Origin: a virus
Taxonomy: Duplodnaviria; Caudoviricetes
Length of the DNA: 49,452 bases
IMG/VR virus record: IMGVR_UViG_3300011437_000004
Span: 1 to 49,452 of that record
Reading direction: 5' to 3' (one strand)
Positions 43,691 through 49,452 of this stretch are shown in pieces. The position numbers and the translations under genes are program-made. Numbering within the stretch: the stretch's first letter is position 1; every line of letters starts with the position of its first letter. Under the pieces are notes generated by a model. The model ran no database searches. It saw nothing but the letters and a program-made list of their open reading frames with translations, and was not told where the DNA came from.

Positions 43691-46600
43691 CGACTCACGC
43701 CGTTTCGCATTTGACGCTGACGCAGTAACTCTATGACGTTGCTGGGTTGACCCTGACGGTATGGGTCTCTTTCCGCTGCCGTATCCGTGATTGTCAGCAT
43801 CGCGGGATGGACGCCCAGCAGTGACTCACTCTCCTGCATCAATGCCTGCGCTACGATGCCCGAGTACTCATCACGCACATCGGCGGGCATAGAGTCCAGC
43901 ATCCGTTCCAACCGTGGAATCATGTGCCGTACGTGGGTGGCTTTCCAATCTTGGGGCTTCACGGCGATGGGGCCCATGCCCATTGCATTCTGATACTCCG
44001 CGTCAATAAACTCAGCCTTCCTGAAGTCGTTTCTGTAGAGGGCGTCCAAGAAGTTTCGCTTATAGCCCACAATGCGGTCCGTGTTGGCTTTAAGGAACTG
44101 TGTCAGCTCCCGTTCCTGTTGCAGCGTGGGGATGCCGCCGGGCACTACGCCCAGTGCGTCCAGCCACAACTGTGCGGGGGTTAGGTTGCCCTGCAGCGCG
44201 CCGGCGCCGGAGTAGACGGGAATGGTGCCGTCATCGCGGATGTTGTCATAGTCGGCGTATCGTCGACCCAGCGCTTTTGCGACGCTCGGGGCGACGGCTT
44301 CGGCTGCACGGGCAGCGGCCACACCGCCGGGAACCAACAGCGGCAACTGACGCAGCAAGGGCTGCGATTCGCCTTGTAGCACGGACTGAGCGGCGCCACC
44401 CAGAACACCCAGCACGGGGGGTACGAACGGCGACGGATAGAACGGCGAGCCTTCTACAGGCTGCGGTAGTGCGCCGAACATCAGGCCTTGGGACAGATCA
44501 GCGCCCAGGAACTCTTGGCCGGCTTCGTACGCGAGCCCGGACGCCAGCGCGGCGCGGCCCAGCGTGCCCCAGTTCTGACCGGCGAACGGACCCACACGGA
44601 ATGCGTCTGCGGCGCTGCCCAGTTCTCGGGCGGGACCAGCAAGAAAGCCGGCGTAGCGAGCTGCGAACGTGCCGAACTGGCGTAGCAGTGGGCCGCTGTT
44701 GAGGAGGGCCGCGGGCGTGGCGGCGGGTCCAGTGAGGAACTGGGTGGTCTCAGTCACGCGGCGTGCGATGGTTGCAGCCTCGGCACGGGAGAGGCCTTCA
44801 CCGATGCCCTTGGCCATTGCTCCCTCAAACGCCGTCAGTCGTACGACGGCCTCAGAGCTTTGGAACAGCGACATCAGTGCAGCACGGGCACGATCGTAGA
44901 CTCTACCGGGCGTGAGCTTTGCTTTGGATGTGCCCAGCCAGGCATCGTTCAGGGTGCGGCCCACAATGTCCTCAACCAACAGTGCTTCTTCGGTTAACGG
45001 CGCTGCGGTGAGGCCTTCGCGGGAGAACTCGGGGAACGCCAAGGCCATAGCCCGGTTGTGCTCGATGCCCCGATTGCGCGCGCTGAAGTAGCGGGGGGTT
45101 TTTTTGATGACCGCACTGAGGCCTTGGCCCGTGGCTTTGGCGCCGATGACGGGCGCCGTGGTGAGCACCGTCTGCATCAAGTTCATGGTGGCGGCGGGCA
45201 CGTTGGCTCCCAGCGCGCCGGTGAAGAACAGCGATGCGAGACGGCCCTGCACGTTGCGCAGGGTGAATAGGCCGCGATCTTCGATTAGTTTCTTTTCGAT
45301 CCAATCCCGTGCTTCGGTGGGCATCCACTTCTTGGCGGCGGGGCTTCGTACTGTGTTGATGGCTGCATATTTGAGGTCATCCCAGTAGGCGCCGGCGAGA
45401 AACTGACGGTATGTTTGGCGGCCCAGCGCGACGGGTATGAACGAGTCCCGCAGCATGGAGGCGCGGACGGCGTTGTGGGGCAGGCCGCTGCTCTCCAGCC
45501 GCGCGGCGGCGTCCAGTATTTTGTCCCCGTGGCCCCGGACCGTCCATCCGAACGCACGGGACATACTGTGTATATAGGACGGAACGGCTTTCTGTACCCG
45601 TAGCGAGTACGGGAGCACCGTGCCCGTCGTGGCCATGCGGGCCCGAATGCGGTCCGGCAGCGTAGGGTCTACCAACTGGTCTTTAATAAGTGATAAATCA
45701 TCGGGGTCGGGAAGCATGCGGCCACGGCGTTCGGCGGCGGCGCTGGGGGCTTTGGTTCCCGCTGCTGAAATCATTGCGCGGCCGTAGCTGGATTCGCCCT
45801 GCGATGACGCGAGGCGGGCCACTTCACGGTCCACATCCTGCCACGACCGTGACACCATCCACGGCCAGTAGTCTTTTTTGTACCCAACACGCGGGTACGT
45901 TTCGGAGACGCCGCCCCCGTTGCGTATCTGTTGCATTATTTGATTACGCAGTGCGGTGCGTTTGGCGAGCACGGAACGGGCCACGGAAGACGTAGCGCCT
46001 TGGGAGGACACGACGCGGCGGAACTCGTCCACGGATAGCTTGCGTTCAGCCAGCGCGCGTAGGAATGCGCTTTTGTCGGCGGCTGAGAATACCTCTTTGT
46101 GCATGGCGTCGAAGGACACGCGCATTTTAGAAGCTAACTCTATGGAGGCGGGATCCGCCAGCGGACGCACCACGCGGCCCTCCATGCCGTTCAGACGGGC
46201 GGCTATCAACACCTCATCGCGCGGCTTGAACAGCCGGCCCGTCTTGGCCTCCCACTGCGATATGGCTGTTTGTACGTTTTCGCTGTGCTTGCGATGGAAG
46301 CCGCTCACGTCGCGCAGCAGGGCTTTGTATACCTCGGGCAGCGTGGAGTCGCCGGCCTTGAGATCAGCATAGATATCATCGATGTTGCCGACGATGCGGG
46401 TGCGAAGAAAGCCCGTGCGACGTAGCAGGCCTTGGGGTCCTGTAAGCTTTTCGCTGAGTCTAAACAGATTCTTGGCGGACGGTAACGGGAACCGCAGCGC
46501 GAGCACGGCGCCGATGAGAACTAATGGGTTTTCAGCAGCCCGTAGGAACGTGCCGGTCCAGCCCTCGTTGAGGCCCCACCGTTCAGACAGAGTTTGGCGC

Positions 46601-46758
46601 TCGGGAACGGAGAGCGACGCGGGATCCAGCAGGGCGCGGCCGGCGACGGCGGGACGGCCCTGAAGCACGTTGGTGGCTGCGAGGCGGGCACGTTCGTAGG
46701 CGTTGGTGCTGGTGCGTGATCCGGACGGCAGCCCAAGGTCTAACGGTGTATTGGGCAT
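43687..46758 (-). CDS. Large helical protein, probable internal virion/ejection protein
   Basis: 1023 aa, last gene of the late arm, AAGGA RBS. Confidence 0.65.
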   Translation of the reverse strand: MPNTPLDLGLPSGSRTSTNAYERARLAATNVLQGRPAVAGRALLDPASLSVPERQTLSERWGLNEGWTGTFLRAAENPLVLIGAVLALRFPLPSAKNLFRLSEKLTGPQGLLRRTGFLRTRIVGNIDDIYADLKAGDSTLPEVYKALLRDVSGFHRKHSENVQTAISQWEAKTGRLFKPRDEVLIAARLNGMEGRVVRPLADPASIELASKMRVSFDAMHKEVFSAADKSAFLRALAERKLSVDEFRRVVSSQGATSSVARSVLAKRTALRNQIMQQIRNGGGVSETYPRVGYKKDYWPWMVSRSWQDVDREVARLASSQGESSYGRAMISAAGTKAPSAAAERRGRMLPDPDDLSLIKDQLVDPTLPDRIRARMATTGTVLPYSLRVQKAVPSYIHSMSRAFGWTVRGHGDKILDAAARLESSGLPHNAVRASMLRDSFIPVALGRQTYRQFLAGAYWDDLKYAAINTVRSPAAKKWMPTEARDWIEKKLIEDRGLFTLRNVQGRLASLFFTGALGANVPAATMNLMQTVLTTAPVIGAKATGQGLSAVIKKTPRYFSARNRGIEHNRAMALAFPEFSREGLTAAPLTEEALLVEDIVGRTLNDAWLGTSKAKLTPGRVYDRARAALMSLFQSSEAVVRLTAFEGAMAKGIGEGLSRAEAATIARRVTETTQFLTGPAATPAALLNSGPLLRQFGTFAARYAGFLAGPARELGSAADAFRVGPFAGQNWGTLGRAALASGLAYEAGQEFLGADLSQGLMFGALPQPVEGSPFYPSPFVPPVLGVLGGAAQSVLQGESQPLLRQLPLLVPGGVAAARAAEAVAPSVAKALGRRYADYDNIRDDGTIPVYSGAGALQGNLTPAQLWLDALGVVPGGIPTLQQERELTQFLKANTDRIVGYKRNFLDALYRNDFRKAEFIDAEYQNAMGMGPIAVKPQDWKATHVRHMIPRLERMLDSMPADVRDEYSGIVAQALMQESESLLGVHPAMLTITDTAAERDPYRQGQPSNVIELLRQRQMRNGVSR

Positions 46759-46779
46759 GAGCGTCCTTATTGTGGCGAA

Positions 46780-47598
46780 TTACACAATACCGCTGGCCTG
46801 AAAGTACATGGGGTTGACGGCCACGCCCCCGGCGTACACGGGCTGCGCGGCGGCCTGTGCGGTGTCGCCCGCCGTGTCGGATGCAAATCCTGCTTCGATG
46901 CTGGCAGCCAGGTCATCGATGAGGGATTGCAGTGACAGTACGGGGTCGTCACTGTCTGCCAGGAACGCGCTGGCCGACTTCAATTGTGACGTAAGAGACC
47001 CAGCGCCAGGAATGTAGCCGCCCACCTCCAGCAGTTGTTTTGTTCGAGGATCGTTGGGGCCTGGAATGGCGTCGGGCGGGAACCCGTCCTCAACCATTGG
47101 AGTATAAACGCTGTTGTACCATTCAGTGTAGTCAAGGTTGGATGCGCGGTGGGGGCCGCTGCCGGGGATACCCTCACGTCCGGCGCCGCCGAACCACGCT
47201 GTCTGACGCGCATAACCCGCGGGTGTGGGTCGACCGCCGGCGTCGAGGCTGCCGGGCTGAAACTTGAACTGCTTGTTATCCACGCTTTCGGACGACACAC
47301 CCCGTCCGCCCTGCGCTTGGATGCGGGACATGCCTTGGTCACGAGTGCTACCGCGGCCCGTGCTGGCAGCACCCATGCGGGGCTTGGGCCCGGGCGACGT
47401 CGGCTTGCTGAGGGCTCCGGCTGCGTCGGGAGGCCCCTTCATGGACGGCACGCCCGTCTTGGACCCCGCAGCGCCCTGGCCCATGCCCGTGCCCGTAGCG
47501 CCGGGTGCGCGGCCAAAAAGCTTTTGGACGCCTTCACCCATCGAACGCAGCTTGAGGAACGACGGCATGCCCGCCATGTCCGCCCAGTCAATCGCCAT
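46780..47598 (-). CDS. Gly/Pro-rich hypothetical virion protein
   Basis: 272 aa, AGGAG RBS. Confidence 0.65.
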   Translation of the reverse strand: MAIDWADMAGMPSFLKLRSMGEGVQKLFGRAPGATGTGMGQGAAGSKTGVPSMKGPPDAAGALSKPTSPGPKPRMGAASTGRGSTRDQGMSRIQAQGGRGVSSESVDNKQFKFQPGSLDAGGRPTPAGYARQTAWFGGAGREGIPGSGPHRASNLDYTEWYNSVYTPMVEDGFPPDAIPGPNDPRTKQLLEVGGYIPGAGSLTSQLKSASAFLADSDDPVLSLQSLIDDLAASIEAGFASDTAGDTAQAAAQPVYAGGVAVNPMYFQASGIV

Positions 47599-47613
47599 AC
47601 GCTACGCTCCTAA

Positions 47614-48186
47614 TTACACCAACGTTACAAGCTCATCTTCCAGAGGCAGGAGTTCGTATGACACGCACATACCGCCGAAGTTGTTCATTTGCGCGGCGGT
47701 GTGGACGTCGCCAAAATCTATTACCAGCTTATCAAAGCGATTGAATGTCAGGGCTGCTTCGTCCGTGACCAGCCGCAATTGCCTACTCGCATATTGTGAG
47801 AACTCCAAGCCACCGTTTGCAAAGTTGTTGAGGCTTACCAGTCCGCCGGCCTGCTCAATTGTGCGCTCCACCGCTGGGTTCGGCCCAATGGTCGCATCAG
47901 TCAGCAGCATGTTGATGGTATCGCCCGTGTCACCTGGGTTGTCATCGGGGAACGCTTTGCGAATCGAAAAAGTGACCGCATCCAGACCGTTGAAGTCAAA
48001 CCCCGCCAGAAGCGACAGCAGGCGGCATCTACGATTGGCGATGTAGATCACACCGTCCCGAAGGGATACCACGCCGGACCCCGCCACCTGGCCGTCCATG
48101 ATTTTGTGAACATAGTACGTGCTGGTGATGATGCCGAGGCGGGCGCCGGTCCTCGCACCCAGCAGCTTTCTATTAACTCGTCCCAT
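47614..48186 (-). CDS. Beta-rich structural protein, paralog of 48200-48688
   Basis: Start MGRVNRKLLGARTGARLGII. Confidence 0.65.
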   Translation of the reverse strand: MGRVNRKLLGARTGARLGIITSTYYVHKIMDGQVAGSGVVSLRDGVIYIANRRCRLLSLLAGFDFNGLDAVTFSIRKAFPDDNPGDTGDTINMLLTDATIGPNPAVERTIEQAGGLVSLNNFANGGLEFSQYASRQLRLVTDEAALTFNRFDKLVIDFGDVHTAAQMNNFGGMCVSYELLPLEDELVTLV

Positions 48187-48199
48187 TACGCCCTGCTTT

Positions 48200-48688
48200 C
48201 TACTCTTGCAGTGAGGACTGCTCGTCACTCAACGGAAGTAGTTTCAAAGTAACGGTTGGATGGGAGAATGCGCCGAAGGTCATGCCCACCAGATCCATGA
48301 AGACGAGGTCTCCCCGCGCAAGGCGTAGAATAGACTCTGTTGCTACTAACGGAAAAACCTTCAGAACACCATGTGCTGTATCCAGAGAAAGAGATCCTGT
48401 TAGGTTCTGAGACATTTTCGTGGAGTTAGTCACAGCAGTTCCATCTACTACGGGGACGCCCGCGGCGGATTTCCGCAAAAACCCCAAATTTACGGCGGCG
48501 GTGGCTGGACTTTCGTGTCGAATGGTTGCTTCTATGAGGCGATAAGGGGCATCAGCGACAAAAACGCTGAATATGTCCAGGTTTGGTCTGACGGTGGCCA
48601 CAGCATGGGGGTAGGACTGGGTCATCACGATGATACCCTTACGAGCGCCGGCTTTGCCGCCCAGTGATCTAGTTATGACGCGTGACAT
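48200..48688 (-). CDS. Beta-rich structural protein
   Basis: MSRVITRSLGGKAGARKGII; GGGAG RBS. Confidence 0.7.
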   Translation of the reverse strand: MSRVITRSLGGKAGARKGIIVMTQSYPHAVATVRPNLDIFSVFVADAPYRLIEATIRHESPATAAVNLGFLRKSAAGVPVVDGTAVTNSTKMSQNLTGSLSLDTAHGVLKVFPLVATESILRLARGDLVFMDLVGMTFGAFSHPTVTLKLLPLSDEQSSLQE

Positions 48689-48700
48689 ATTGTGTACTCC

Positions 48701-49329
48701 CTATCGAATGCCGGCTCTAGCAAGTAGCTCGGGCGGCAGTCCAACTTCAGAATCCGTCAAACCCGCGAAGCCGCGGCGGTCCACGCGCGGCAGAAACTCC
48801 GAAAGCGCCTGGCTGGCCTCGGACGGCGGCAGCCCGCCAATCAGCGCGCCCATCGACGCTGTGGGTACGCCGCGGGTATCCCTTAACCGCTCCAGCATAG
48901 CAGCGTCTTCTATTTCTTGCGACGGCTGCTGTGGTTCTTCGTTGCCCCCCGCCAGCTTTGAGATACCGTACGCTGCAGCGCCCAGGGCGTACGGCCAGCG
49001 GCCCTTCCGAAACGGCGCGCCGGCGACGCGGGCAATCTTGCCGCCCGTGCTCAACGACGAGAACGGAGCGGGGGCGGGGGTGCCGCCGACAGCGGTGGGC
49101 TTCAACTTTTCGGCCTGCTTCATTACGTCCGCAGACACGCGGGACACAACGCCCTTGGCCTGCTCGCGGATGGCACGGCCCACTGCGGCGCCTGCGGCGC
49201 CTTCGGCTCCCACGGTGCTCTCGATGGTCGCCGCCAGCAGCAGCCCGGCTTCGGACGGCTTGAACCCGCTCTTGCGCGCTTTGTTTGCGATCTCACGCAT
49301 CTGCCGCAGCGTGTCCCGCGGCAACGCTG
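48701..49329 (-). CDS. C-terminal part of the junction-spanning 321-aa protein (starts at 337)
   Basis: Continuous reading frame across the circular junction. Confidence 0.8.
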
Positions 49330-49452
49330 TACTTTTCCCAGCCCCCTCGCCATACATCGCGTCCATCAACGACCGTACTTGCTTCTCAAATTTCGCATCT
49401 GTTTTGGCAGCGGCAGCGGTGCGTATCAGTGCTGATTTGACTGCTCGCTGGA
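49330..49452. repeat. Terminal direct repeat (assembly overlap), right copy
   Basis: Identical to 1-123. Confidence 0.95.

Overview
The window is a complete circularly assembled tailed-phage genome of 49,329 bp, since positions 1-123 repeat exactly at 49330-49452. Its layout is podovirus-like. A minus-strand late arm runs from ~18.7 kb leftward, wraps through the contig ends and stops at 43.7 kb. It carries terminase, portal, scaffold, capsid, adaptor, nozzle and probable ejection proteins. A plus-strand early/replication arm (19.7-43.7 kb) carries a MoxR-type AAA/vWA pair, a family-4 UDG fused to PolA, ERCC4 and PD-(D/E)XK nucleases, a Sak4-like ATPase, an SSB-like protein, CsrA, a DNA methyltransferase, an MCM-like ATPase and a phospholipase-A2-like gene. 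A minus-strand island of structural-looking genes (25.2-28.2 kb) interrupts the early arm. I recognised no integrase, RNA polymerase, primase or endolysin. CsrA and the methyltransferase resemble Planctomycetota versions (inference from recalled family patterns). The most striking signals are non-coding. (1) GAATTGAC lies 1-2 nt before six early start codons, and its exact complement is displayed in a hairpin loop just upstream of csrA, suggesting a phage sRNA/CsrA translational regulon. (2) A 45-65 bp element occurs four times, three times inside CDSs, at G/C-skew transitions. (3) The palindrome TAGASTCTA is strongly over-represented. (4) A 378-bp inverted-repeat module with an AT-rich core separates the two arms. 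All motif counts were made by eye.
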